The translations under genes were made by a program, and so were the position numbers. A DNA stretch of 64,000 bases from Octopus bimaculoides (taxonomy: Eukaryota). Shown one piece after another: positions 38,965 through 51,630 of this stretch. Position 1 is the stretch's first letter. Every line of letters begins with the position of its first letter. The notes under the pieces are model-generated. The model did not search any database. It saw only the letters and a list, made by a program, of their open reading frames with translations, and was not told the origin of the DNA. The stretch lies in NCBI RefSeq assembly GCF_001194135.2, contig NC_068984.1, forward strand, positions 67,664,056 through 67,728,055, read 5' to 3'.

Positions 38965-40598
38965 CACATGTATGTATTTATTATTTTCGAGCGAGTAATT
39001 CCTATATACAAACGTGTACCTGTCTTTGTCCCACACGAGAGTATTAAAGCAAGAATCGACTAAGAACTGTGGTTAAGTGTGGCTAGGGATTGCAATGCGT
39101 AAACTAAATTTACAACACTAACGATCTTGCATATATATAATACGCACGCACACGCACACACACACAAACACACACATACACGCACACATGAATCTAATAT
39201 GCAGAAGGGTATGATGTATATGTGCATTCACTTGCTTAGCCCCGGCGCGAGTATTTAAAAGAATTTACGCTAGACATCATGAAGTATTTTAAGCTTATGT
39301 AGGACTATATTATGTAGTGCATTATTTCATAATGATGCAATGTCATTGGAGGACTATTTGGCGGGCATTTCTCACAGGATAGTCAACCACGATCAGGCTT
39401 CGTCTTTTAACTCAAAGATATGTATTATGTCTCCCTTATTACTGATTCAACAGCTCCTACAGTTGGATAGAACTGTTCAAATAATTTCAAACTAATTGAT
39501 TGTCAAACGAATTTGATTTGAAAGTATATGGTTTACTTTTAACGATAAGACTGTAATTAATTTGTTCCTCTGATCTTAAACCAATTTGAAAGTTAAATGC
39601 CGGATTTTTCCAGGCATAGATATTTTAGTAAATTATTAACTGTCAGTTTGGAATAGAATGTGTTAGGAAATGAATCTAGTGTAATAAGAAGATAAGGGTT
39701 TATAATTGTCGCAAATTGTCAAGAGCTCATGGTTCAGCTGATATATTTCGTTTCTGAATTAATTCCATATCTATCAAAATGTCAATAGTTTGATTTATAA
39801 TTTCAACCTGTTTTCAGTCGCTTACGAAGGAGTATATTCTACTCAAAAAAAATATGTAATTTGAATAATTTATATGGACATATAAGAATATCAGAATTCT
39901 TAACTATATCATTTTACGCCTGATTATGTATTTTCATCTGAAAATATGTTTATTTCATGTTATCAGTGTGAGTTATGATCCTTCTTAACATAGAAAGATT
40001 AAAAAGACATGTTTCAATGTAGGTGAATTAAGACAAGTTAAACAAAGTTCTTAAAAGAATTTACAAATATTATTGCTAAGAATAAGGTAAATGTAAATTC
40101 CAAGAGAAAATCTTCCTTGTTTATATGCAACTGCCTGAAGGAAAAGAAGGAAATGTGTGCATAACATCTTAGCTCCAGTGAGAACTCGATAAAATCAAGA
40201 AGTGAATAGGAAAAGATTAAAAATAATAGCTCCACATCGATGACATACACTATAAAAGTAGGCGAATCTTATATTTAATTTTCATAAAGTATTTATTTGA
40301 AAACTGGATGGGGTAACATCATGGTAGATAATGCCTCTAAGCAATAGTATAGTGGTATTTAATGCAATAAATTAACAGTAAACATGTCAAAAATTACATC
40401 GGAAAAATAAATAATCAATTACTGTGAAAATATGTATAAACTTTATATAGACATATTCGAAATATTAAAGATGTTATTCACGAAAATATATAAACTATAT
40501 GATACTTCTGTTAATAAATGACCCAATCAGAACAGATTCCGATCATGTACCCCAATGTGATCAAGAGCACTCCTATTATTGTGAAAATACCGAGTATC

Positions 40599-40660
40599 AC
40601 TTGCCTGAAATGAAGAAATAACAAGATATAAAAGAGTAAAATATTAAAAATATTATTTTG
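40599..40660 (-). other. Strong 3' splice site followed by GC-type donor consensus (candidate recursive site or exon start); junction 40605/40604
   Basis: Minus strand ...TTTTACTCTTTTATATCTTGTTATTTCTTCATTTCAG|GCAAGT; about 70 nt AG-free upstream. Confidence 0.4.
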
Positions 40661-41167
40661 AAGGGGCAGTAAAGCAAGGAAGCTGAGACTAGAGTGTGAA
40701 TTGAACGAAATATTATATCAATGGTATATAAAAACATCCGAATGTTTTGTGAAGGGAAATCGCAGGAAGAAATGCTGGAAGATTCTGAAATGGGAGAAAA
40801 CTGAAATATACTAATATGCTTCCATATTCGATAGCATTTTCCTCTCAAGAGACCCACGGTGGGAATCTTTAAGTGATATAGTCACCTAGTAATGAGAGTT
40901 GTTAAATCATTATCAAATCGCACTCGAAAACATGAAGATCAGATGGGATAGTTTAGGTCACGATACATGTCCTTTAAAAGTGTTAAAGAGGGGATAAATA
41001 CCACTAGAAAGCCTATAATGATACGTGACAAAATATAAGTTTAAGTGATAACAATAGGTGCTGCAAAACACAGTAGAACAGCTAGTACAAAGTTTTGTAC
41101 GGATTTTCATAAATATTACGGAGAGGGAGCACTAAGCAGTGATAAGTAAAACTGTAATGTTATGATC

Positions 41168-41756
41168 AGTTCGAATATGCTTGATGCACGTTTGAACTGA
41201 GGAACAAGCTACTCACTGAGTTTTGTCAGGGAGAACGTATCTCGCTTGTTGACAAATGGTGTGTAGATCAGCTCGCAGCGCCGCCTACATAGACTGTGAG
41301 ATGCTAGCATTTTGGTATAGTTATCTCCCCTTCGGTCACAGACATAATGTGATTGAATTAACACCATTTGTTAACAAGCAAGATATATTCTCCGTAACAA
41401 AGCGCAGCGAGTAACTTGTTCTCCAATGCGAACGTGTATCAGGCATATTCGGATTGATAATAACATTGCAATTTCACTGATCACTACTTAGCGGTCCCCC
41501 TCCGTAAATTACTCACGGTGAGACGTTGTATAGCGCATCCAGTGGGGTAAAAGCTTCAGTCTATTCACTTCGCGCGTAGCATCGTCTGCCTAGTGTCTGT
41601 GACCGAAGAGGAGATAACTACTCTGAAATGCTAGCACCTCAGACTCTAGGTAGGTGGCACGGCGATAAGTCGGAAATTTATACAGAGTTAAATTTATACA
41701 AAATGCAGTAAATAGCTTGTTCCCCAGTTCGAACGTACCTCAAGTACATTCAAACT
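41168..41756. mobile_element. Foldback / MITE-like element with long imperfect inverted arms (41168-41344 / 41594-41756)
   Basis: GATGCTAGCATTTTGGTATAGTTATCTCCCCTTCGGTCACAGACA vs TGTCTGTGACCGAAGAGGAGATAACTACTCTGAAATGCTAGCA, and TTTGAACTGAGGAACAAGCTA vs TAGCTTGTTCCCCAGTTCGAA. Confidence 0.75.
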
Positions 41757-42279
41757 TAACTTCGAGCGACACAACAGCAAAATAACACAGTGACGAACCT
41801 AAGCACTTGTTTTACTCCTGTCATGATAACTGTCAGTGTATGATGTTTCGTGATACAACGAAACAGCCTTGGAATTACATAGTATCATGGCTAAACATGT
41901 GTTTTCGCTGGAGTTATGAAATTTTAAAATAATGTAGCAAGCAAAATGTGCTTGAGCAACAGATAACAGAATAAATAATGCCGGTAAACAATTTTTTCAA
42001 GAAGCACGTATATCAATATTTTGTACGTAGTTGCTTCACTTGCTAGACATGCCAGAAAACTCTCTCTCTCTCTCTCTCTCTCTCAAAGTACACTACAGAG
42101 GATTAGGTAGCTACATGAAAGGACCGTAGTTTTAAGATATAAATAAAAATGCCAACTTTACCTCCCACTGATACTTTAGAACAGTAATATTTTATAATCG
42201 ATAAAGCTATGTCCTCTAATATCAGCTGTATTCGTTTCTTTTAATATTCAGTATTAATATATATATGAATTCAGTATAA

Positions 42280-42471
42280 AGGCGGCGAGCTGGCAGAATT
42301 GTTAGCACACCGTGCATCTTTATGTTCGGAGCTCAAATACCGCCTTGGCCAGCTTTGCCTTTCATCCTTTCGGGGTCGATGAAGAAGGCACCAGTTGAGT
42401 ACTGGGGATGACGCAATCGAGGTACCCACTTTCCCGAAGTTGGTGGCCTTGTGCCAAAATTTGAGACCAAT
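42280..42471 (+). mobile_element. SINE family B (small internal deletion)
   Basis: GGCGGCGAGCTGGCAGAATTGTTAGCAC...TTTGCCTTTCATCCTTTCGGGGTCGAT...GGCCTTGTGCCAAAATTTGAGACCAAT. Confidence 0.9.
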
Positions 42472-42911
42472 ATATGTGTATATATGTATATGTGTGTGTA
42501 TGTATGTATCAGTTTAAAAAATTGTAAGAAAATATATATATAAGTTGATATCACTTATTATTTTAGGAAATGGGATAACCATAAAAGCTGATCCTGGAGT
42601 GTGATTTCAATTCAGGACACCGACTAGACAAATTAAACTAAATACCGAAAGATATCTATGTAATCCATTAGGTTTGAAATGACAGAATAAATCCTTTTAC
42701 AAAGTATGAAAGCAAAGCAGATTTTCGTTTTACAATATGCAGTACTTTATAGTAAAGTAGAAAAGTAAAGTAGCAAAATTGGTTTACAAACTTTAAAGTT
42801 TCTTTCTGTCGCATGCATAATTCTTTTTATACTTAGAGAAATGAAAACCCATTAAAAAAACCATAGCAATGGGGTAACAGTACACACACAAACAGCGACA
42901 CACGTGCGCGC

Positions 42912-42942
<31 letters not shown>

Positions 42943-43402
42943 TTCATACGTAAATACATACGTAAATACATACGTACATATAGATACATACAAGCATACA
43001 CACATATACATATATACATACATATACACACATAAACACATTTTTATATTCCTTTATTATATATGTGTTGAATCATGTTTGAATTTACGAATATACCATA
43101 AAAATATTTAAAACTCTTAAATTCCAATGCAAAAGCAAACTTTAATTTCATTTTCATAATTTAGAATGTTTTTTTACAGAAACATACAACGTTCTGTTAC
43201 TTTAATTTCAATGCAAACTTTAAAATCTTATATTTATTCTAAGCTTTAAGGGAATATTGCATTTAGCAACGCTAAGTGAAGCTCTAATTTTATTGCAAAC
43301 ATTTTACAAGATTATTCTCAGAATATTTCAAGATTATTTTCAGATATATTTCCCAGTAAACTATGAAAAGTATTTCTGATTTAGAAGATAAGATATATTA
43401 TA

Positions 43403-44593
43403 TTAGGTCGTCAAGTATGAAATTTGTAGTAAAGTATATGGTAAACTTTGACAGCTGCTCATTTCGCCCCGTTATGGTATTTTAACATTTTTATTTTTCG
43501 TTGGAAAGCTGACACATTTGTTTGTTTATTATAACTCATTTTGCGCTTTATACAATATTTATAAATCATTTTTTGGTATTTTTGTTTATAGATAGATAAG
43601 TCGGAAATTTATACAGAGTTAAAATATGAATTCTTTCTTGGAAATACAACATCGCAGGCAGCTCGGAATAAGAGTATCAAATTGGTTTGCAGAATTTCGT
43701 TCTGGTAACTTTGACCTCACAAATGAGCAGAACCAGAAACAAAAGTGGATATGACGAACTGAAAGCCACCATCGAATCAGATCCATTTCAAAGTGCCCGT
43801 GAATTATCGTTGTTCTTTGGTGTTAGCAAGCAAACAATATTGACTCACCTAGTTCAAATCGGTTAAGGGAAAAATTTGGATAAGTGGGTTCCTCATGAAC
43901 TCACTAAAAATCAGAAACAGTAACGTTTGGAAGCCTGCATTATGCTACTTTCTCGTCACAAAAAGTAATCATTTTTCAATCGAATTGTAACATGTGATGA
44001 GTAATGGATCCAGTACAACAACCGCAAACGTTCAGCACAATGGTTGAACAAAGACGAGCCACCAAAACAGTCCAGAAAGCAAAATTCAACAAAAGAAGCT
44101 GTGTGTGTTTGGTGGTCTGGCGCAGGTGTGATACATTATGATTTCATTAAACCTGGCTCATCAATCACGGCCGAAGTATACTGCAGCCAACTGGACAAAA
44201 TAACGCAGAAACGTACAAAAAAAAATCAGCCCAGATTAGTCAATAGATCCACTTCTATTTTATTGCAAGACAATGCCAGAAAACACATCGCAAAAATGGC
44301 ATTCGCGAAACTACAGGAGTTGGAGTTGGAAATTCTCCATCATCCACCATACTCATCTGATCTTGATAGGGAAAAAAATAATTCCCACGATGCTATAAAA
44401 CAAGCCTTCCAAGAATTTATTGACTCTAGATTGCCAGGCTTTTACGGTTCCGGGTTGGACAAGCTACCGCTAAATTGGCAAAAGTGTATTGACAAGATGG
44501 GTGCATACTTTGATGAATAAAACAACTCCTTGCATTCATAAAACATTAGCAAACTTCTTTTCTTTTCTACAAATTTCATACTTGACGGCCTAA
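43403..44593 (+). mobile_element. mariner DNA transposon, both ends intact
   Basis: 27-bp TIRs TTAGGTCGTCAAGTATGAAATTTGTAG (43403-43429) and CTACAAATTTCATACTTGACGGCCTAA (44567-44593) with one mismatch; TA on both sides. Confidence 0.95.
43592..44520 (+). pseudogene. mariner transposase pseudogene
   Basis: (ATA)DKSEI..LKYEF, WFAEFRSGNFDL, KWVPHEL, RIVTCDE*W, LLQDNA, HPPYSSDL, WQKCIDKMGAYFDE*; at least four in-frame TAA stops and a deletion after YSSDL. Confidence 0.93.
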
Positions 44594-45018
44594 TACCTTC
44601 ATTTCATTGTAAATATGGAAATAGAATTACAATGACTTTTGTGAAGAAGTTATTTCCCTTGCCCTAGTAAAGTACGATTTTCAACCTGTGTTAGAATCAG
44701 AATTGAAACGAGAATGAATTAGATTCCATAACTCTGCTAATGCTGACAATAAGTTCTTAGAATCCAGATATTGACATCCCGGCCTATATGAAGTTTTATA
44801 GATGGGGTATATGCATCATGATTGAATATCATATTTGAGTAACTAAAATGACTACTTGTCTTAAAACTGAATACAGAAATAGTTAAGCCTAGACAGTAAA
44901 CTGATAGATTGAAATACATACACGCATGCACATACACACTTACATTCATACGTACATACACATAAAAATACAATTGTGAATATGTTTGAAAATTCATACA
45001 TACATACATACAAACATC

Positions 45019-45167
45019 CTGACTGTGTGGTAAGAAGCTTTCTTCCCAACTACATGGTTCCGGTTTCAGTCCCACTGCGTCTATAATATACAGTCCCTTC
45101 TACTATAGCCTCGGGCCGGCCAAAGCCTTGTGAGTGGATTTGGTAGACGGAAACTGAAAGAAGCTCG

Positions 45168-45219
<52 letters not shown>

Positions 45220-45447
45220 TGTATGTGTGTGTGTTGTGTGTGTGTATCTTTGTTTGTCCCCCATCACTGCTTGACAACCACTGTTGGTGTATTTACGTCC
45301 CCGTAACCTCGTGGTTTAGCAAAAAGACCGCTAAGTACTTAAGAAATAAGTCCTGGGTTAATCTGTTCAACTAAGACCTCATCAAGGCAGTGCTCCACCA
45401 TATCCGTATTCAAAGGAATGAAACACACAAAAGAATAAAAGAAAGAA
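45019..45447 (+). mobile_element. SINE family A
   Basis: GACTGTGTGGTAAGAAGC...GCCTCGGGCCGGCCAAAGCCTTGTGAGTGGATTTGGTAGACGGAAACTGAAAGAAGC, internal (TA)n(TG)n and a diverged tail. Confidence 0.9.
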
Positions 45448-48400
45448 TCCGAAGGGTTGTGAGTACTGCCCTAACTTCTTTAACTAAGTTACAATATGGT
45501 GTTACTCGATAAGATACCACAAACCGCAGCAAAAATATTTTATAGCAAATAATATATGATATTAGTCAAATAATAAACTTTGTATAATTTTTGGATGTGT
45601 ACCATAACTAGCATAATCCTTTCTATTATTACCATAACTAACAATATAACTGCTTTAGTTTCAACTAGCATTCTCGAATCAAATCATTTCCTAAAGAACT
45701 ACTGCTCAGAATGAACACACACACATGCACACACGTACATACATGCAACAAACATATGTCTACACACACTCGCATAAATATATGTATGTACACACACACA
45801 CACACACACCCACACCCACACACACACACACACGCACACGCACATACACACAGAGGAAATGAGAAAAGTTCAAATCATGTAAACCACAATGAACACATGT
45901 GTCCGGATTTAATTAAGGTAAAAATTGTCCGAAATAAAGCATATATTGATATATCAAAAATATAAAAATATATGAATAGTACAGATATGTGGACATATAA
46001 ACATATGAATATATAAACATAGTAATAATATAATCAAATACAGGAATATAGATAAAAACATTTTTTTTTTAAATTTAAAATATAGCGAAGAGAAAATAAT
46101 AGGCATCAAAAACCCTATGGGTTTCAAATTTTGTTTCACAAATCATGTAATTATAAAATCGATTAAACACTACGGCACCTTATGTCGCAGGCTGACGAAC
46201 ATCTTTGCGTAGAATTTTGAACACGGAAAATATCGGGAAGTCCGTGTGTGTGAGTGAGTGCGGGCTTGCGTTAATGTAAAACTGTAAACTTATTGGTAGA
46301 ACAGCTTCCTTCCTTTTATGCCATATCGGTACGTAGAGATTCAATACGTTGAGATCAATAAAACAAACGCCAAAACGAAATTACTCGGCTCTACATAATC
46401 GATTAAAATGTAAGAGAACAGTTCCTCAATACGGCTACAGTCTAATAAAGTAGTGAGTAATAAGTAAAACAACTTATGCATTTGAACAAGGAAAACGTTT
46501 TGTACCGGTGAATACATACTTTTGCATTAGAAGGTTATACCAACATGATATATATCGAAGAGCCGTTAGAACAGCAGCGCCCATCTATATTCCCTTCAAG
46601 GATTATGACTGGAGGATTCAAGTAAATTTAAATATGAAAATAAGTGATTGTATCTATGTTGCATGCATGGTTCATTTAAACGTCAGTTAATCTTTATGGT
46701 AGGATTACACAAGTATATACTATCAAACGGATAATATAGGCTTAAACTCGATAAATATTACTGAAAACAATGTAGAGTATTGAATTTTATTGCACTATTA
46801 ATTGCACATATACCATAATTGTTTTATAACTCACATCCATTAGGACAGGTATAGATATTCCCTACAGCAGTTCGTCTTAATGGAAAAGATCAGTGAGGTC
46901 AGTATTCTGCTAAAGATAAATACAGTTGTTCAACTGAGTGTTAACCGAAAGTCAAGGTATAAACGTTTAGAGATATTTGTTCCGTTTTATGAAGGTGTAG
47001 TGAAACAACACTTTCCATTTCCACTTTTAGGTGAGTGCATTTTAAGCTTCTTTATTTATATAAAATAGCTTTGACCACCCAAATGCCTACGACATTAACT
47101 TGCTGTGTATGTATATTGATTTTTATATATGAAATACGAAACATCAAATGATATTTAGTAATATATATTTCATGACATTATTCATAAGTGCAAAAAGCCA
47201 CAGTAAATCAAATAAAGATCGAATGAGCCTCTTTTACCAATGACAATGGTGATAGCAAATAAAATGATCCTGGTTTGGCTTTAAATATATGTTTCAATAT
47301 TTTATGTGCAATTAGCTTTATCTAGTTTCCACCATGTTCTCAGTGGCTAACCCGATACATACTGACCCAGATGTTAAAGGGTACAATGAATGCATTATTA
47401 TAGATCTTTAATTGGTTTGATTTATTGTATCATTGCAATTTTAATTTCAAAACAGTGGCAAAACTGTCTGGTAAGAATAGGTTTCACGAGTTTAAAAGAC
47501 CTTCAAGTCCATTTTACCTTTCACCTTTCTGAAGTGAATAGAGTAAATAGCAACTGAAATAATTACTGGGGTTGGTGTAAGTTGCTGTACTCTCAAAACA
47601 GTCCCATTATAATTACTAAAATTACTAAAAGAATAAAGGTATATATATTTTTCGCATCACTTAATCAAATGTGTTGGGTTGAATATTGGTGAGAGTCTGA
47701 CATAAAAAAATATATATACATTTATCCTTATGCCTTTCGAATTTACGTGTTACCAAATAATTTTTTATTTTTTGTCTCTGTAGTTTTATCACTATACAAA
47801 TGCCCGTGAAAGAAGGTTTCTGTTCAGTTTTTATACCATTTATCTTAGTACAAAATTAGCATCAGTGCCTATGATCCTATTCTCACGTCTCATTAGTACC
47901 TTTAATATAGTTTGAAGACGAAGACAAAATAATTCAAGAGGATGTTGGGAACCATTATCTTATATAGCTTATAATTTTCAAAATAGCTCAAAACAAATAA
48001 TTTAGCAAAGACAACGTGTAGGTTCATTAGATAGAAACAGGTTAGCTTTATTAAAGAATGATATAGTCAAATATATCAACTCTAATATTGAAGCGGTACA
48101 TAATTTTATATGATGAAAAAAGCAAATTCAAAATTGAATTTAATGCGTAAAGAGACATAATTATTTCAAAACATTTTGCGCTTAACATTGAGTTTGTCAA
48201 GGCAGAAGTATCATAATGCTATACGATTTAGAACCTTTAATTTGATCACCTTTCTCATTTTATATCTCAAATTTGTACCCCTCTCCATTACTCTAGTACA
48301 ACTATTGATCAGTTGTCTAGTAGATTATGTATATTAATGAGATTCGTGGATATTCACTTTTTAAACTGTTCTTGTTTTTATCTTGATGCATACATTTATA

Positions 48401-48806
48401 AATCGTCGTAGCATTGCTATATCTTCTTAACATATAAAGATTATGTCTTCCTATACATTATAGAGTTAAGAATGGATAAAGTTTAATATTCGAACCTTTT
48501 GCATTACATTAGATAGTATTTCATATTTAAGCTTTTTCAAAGTAAAACATTCAAACATTTTTCATTCGTTAAAAATTTCGATTATATCTACGGTTACAAA
48601 TGGATAACGTTTGAATGCAGGTTGTAAGAGATGGAATAATAATTAAGATTCTGTTTTACAAATAAAATATACGTTAAATGTCACCGACAAAATGTTCACG
48701 ATCCTCAAAATATGCTTAATATCCCAAAGTAACATTTATTTCTAAGTGAAATCTCTTGAAATAGAAGTTCTGAAATAAATTAAGTATATATTTTTTTTTT
48801 TGTTTT

Positions 48807-48988
48807 GAAAACGCTTGACGGTATTTCGTCCGCCTTTACGTTCTGGAATCAAATTCCCCCAAGGTTAACTTTGATGTTCATTCTTTTGGGTTCGATAGAA
48901 TAAATACCAGTTAAACACTGGTGTCGATGTTATCAGCATATCCCCTCTCACGAACTTTCTGGCCATGTGCCAAATTTTGAAACCAATA
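48807..48988 (+). mobile_element. SINE family B, 5' truncated
   Basis: CGGTATTTCGTCCGCCTTTACGTTCTG...GGCCATGTGCCAAATTTTGAAACCAAT. Confidence 0.8.
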
Positions 48989-49030
48989 TTAATCCAAACA
49001 GAGTACAGGAAGAGATCTATTCGCGTGTGC

Positions 49031-49076
<46 letters not shown>

Positions 49077-50980
49077 GAGAGAGTTTTGTGCTGTACGAGA
49101 AAGAATAAGGGCGAGAAAAAGAGTTTATCTGCCAATTATATAATCGCCATCACTTTTCATGAACACCCTGGGTTTTACCCTTAGGTGATATTGGCATCAG
49201 GATACTTTTGCAAAATGAATTATTCTTCGCAGATTTTTAGAAATGGTGACCTTTCAGGATCGACAAAAATGTGTTATTGTTACTGAAGTGAGTAACTACA
49301 GAATTAACATCAGTGCGATCGATTCGAAATGATAACTTGAAATACCTTGACAAAATACCGCATGTTATTATGCCCAATGCTTTAGCAATTCTGCCAATTC
49401 ACTATTCCTTTACAAATAATGGTGCTGAAAAGAATAATACTGAAATAATAGTACTGAAAAGAATTTTTTAACTTCTTTAAATACATTTCACTACAAAACC
49501 AAGAAGCTAAACTGTACCAATGTTAACATTTGAAATAAAATGTGCTATGACATAGCCAAAATGATTAATAATGTTGTACCAAATGAACACGGTTGTATTT
49601 TAAGTGGTATTTTATATGCGGGTATTGTTTCCATAATAGAGGTATTTTAACATGAAGTAAAATTGACAAAACATAAAAAGTATCGAGTGATTTCTAGTTT
49701 ATAACAGTTCAATACATAGTTTTCTTTGTTAACTATCTACAGCATTAAATTTTATAGACTTTTTAATGCTGTAAAGCGTTCTATCTTATGGTGGTATATC
49801 GCCAGGTCGTAATCAACTCCCAAAGAAGTATAAAATGGACGTAACAACTTTTCGATATCGTTTTTAAAGACATTTCATGTGGACGAAGTACAACAAACCG
49901 TTCGTGTTTAGCCGATGAAATAAAATTACGATTATTTCAAATGTTGTGAAGAACACTTGAAATAATTCCTGGGCAGAAAAGAATTTGTATAACAGAAATT
50001 ATATAACCATGTACCTATATAACTATACTTCCTATATAGGAAATTATATAATGTCTGAAGACCATTGATTCACGATCCCTAAATCGTTAAAGATATAGCA
50101 ACGTAGACTTATTTCTTTAAATGATATATCTTAATCTGTTTACACTTTCCAATTCTTTCTAAGTAGTGTACTAACAGAAGTAACAGATAGTCGGATAAAA
50201 TGCCTTGTGGTATTCAATTTACATTTAATGTCAAAGTATCTAGACAATACCAATTTTCCCTTTCATCAGTAGTGGTTGATAAAATCAGCCTTCAAGAAAT
50301 ATTGCTACTGATATTAATTGACTTTATGCCTGGGCAAGAAACTTTGCAATTGTGCCGACATAAAAAGTCATAACTATACAGTTTTGAAGAGCAGCATTTT
50401 AGTAGATGTAGCCTATGGAATAATTGTCTCATAATATATGTATATACATTACTTATCTAGAGCTTTCAAGTTCCTATCCGCATGGAATCATTTGCTATCC
50501 TTTTACAACATCGCCAACAATTGCTTGTACAATAAATTATGGTGTTTGTAAAATCTATAAATCGGTTTTGTAAATTTTCAAGGGACCTGGGATGATAGAA
50601 ACGGCAGGGCATCATAATGAATGCTATGGATACTTAGTTACATTAATTTAGCTTCCGAATTGAAACCTGCAGGGAATAATTTCGTCATATATTTGAAATA
50701 ACTTCAACTAATGATAATATTTTTTGAAAAATAATCAAAATTAAAAATCCTTAACGTTATCCCGCCGAAAAGATCATTCGTTGGTTGATAATCAATTTTG
50801 ATAATATATGTAAATTCAATGATTTATCTCAATTATACAGAGAATGGTGCTGGTATGAAAGGAAGGAAACCATTTGAAAATTCTGTGCTTTGTTGTAAAT
50901 GAACTACGTCTGAAACCTTCTATTCTCATTACCAGAAAATATAAAACACCTTTCCTTAGTATTTACGATGGTAATGTTAA

Positions 50981-51192
50981 CAATGGCAAAGGCAGTAAAT
51001 TAGCACGCCGGTTGAAATGTTTAGCAGTATTTCGTCTGTCTTTATGTTCTGAGTTCAAATTCTCCGAGGTCGACTTTGCCTGTCATCCTTTCGGGGTCGA
51101 TAAATTAAGCACCAGTTGCGTACTGGGGTCGATCTAACCGAGTAACCCCCACTCCACAAAAATTTCGGGCCTTGTGCCTAGAGTAGAAAAGA
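50981..51192 (+). mobile_element. SINE family B
   Basis: TTAGCACGCCGGTTGAAATG...GAGTTCAAATTCTCCGAGGTCGACTTTGCC...GGCCTTGTGCCTAGAGTAGAAA. Confidence 0.9.
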
Positions 51193-51630
51193 AAGTAAAT
51201 TGATTATATTAAGTATAGTGCATATTGCGTCGATCTAATACTTTCATAGGAGTTGTATTCTATAAAGGCCTTTTGTTCTGTATAACTGATAATACTCTAA
51301 TATTAAGACCGGTTAGCAGTGTAATATCTTAACCTGGGCCTTCTGTGATTTTACTTACGTTCGATGTTAGAAACGTTCGAGCGAAGCCTCTCTTTCCCCG
51401 TATTAGTCAGAGAGACCCTGGAAAATGTCTTTACTCCTCTTAAAAAGCAATTAAGATAAAAATGAAGAACAAAAATACAACAACGTAGTCAGTGAAAATA
51501 CCTAATTAAATATAGTATTTAGTGGCTTTTTAAAGTCGAAAATATTTTTGAGTCAGTGATTATTTTTTCATTGTTCTGGAGTCGATAAAATAGTTGCTAA
51601 TCACGTATTGGGTTGATTAACATGATTATA

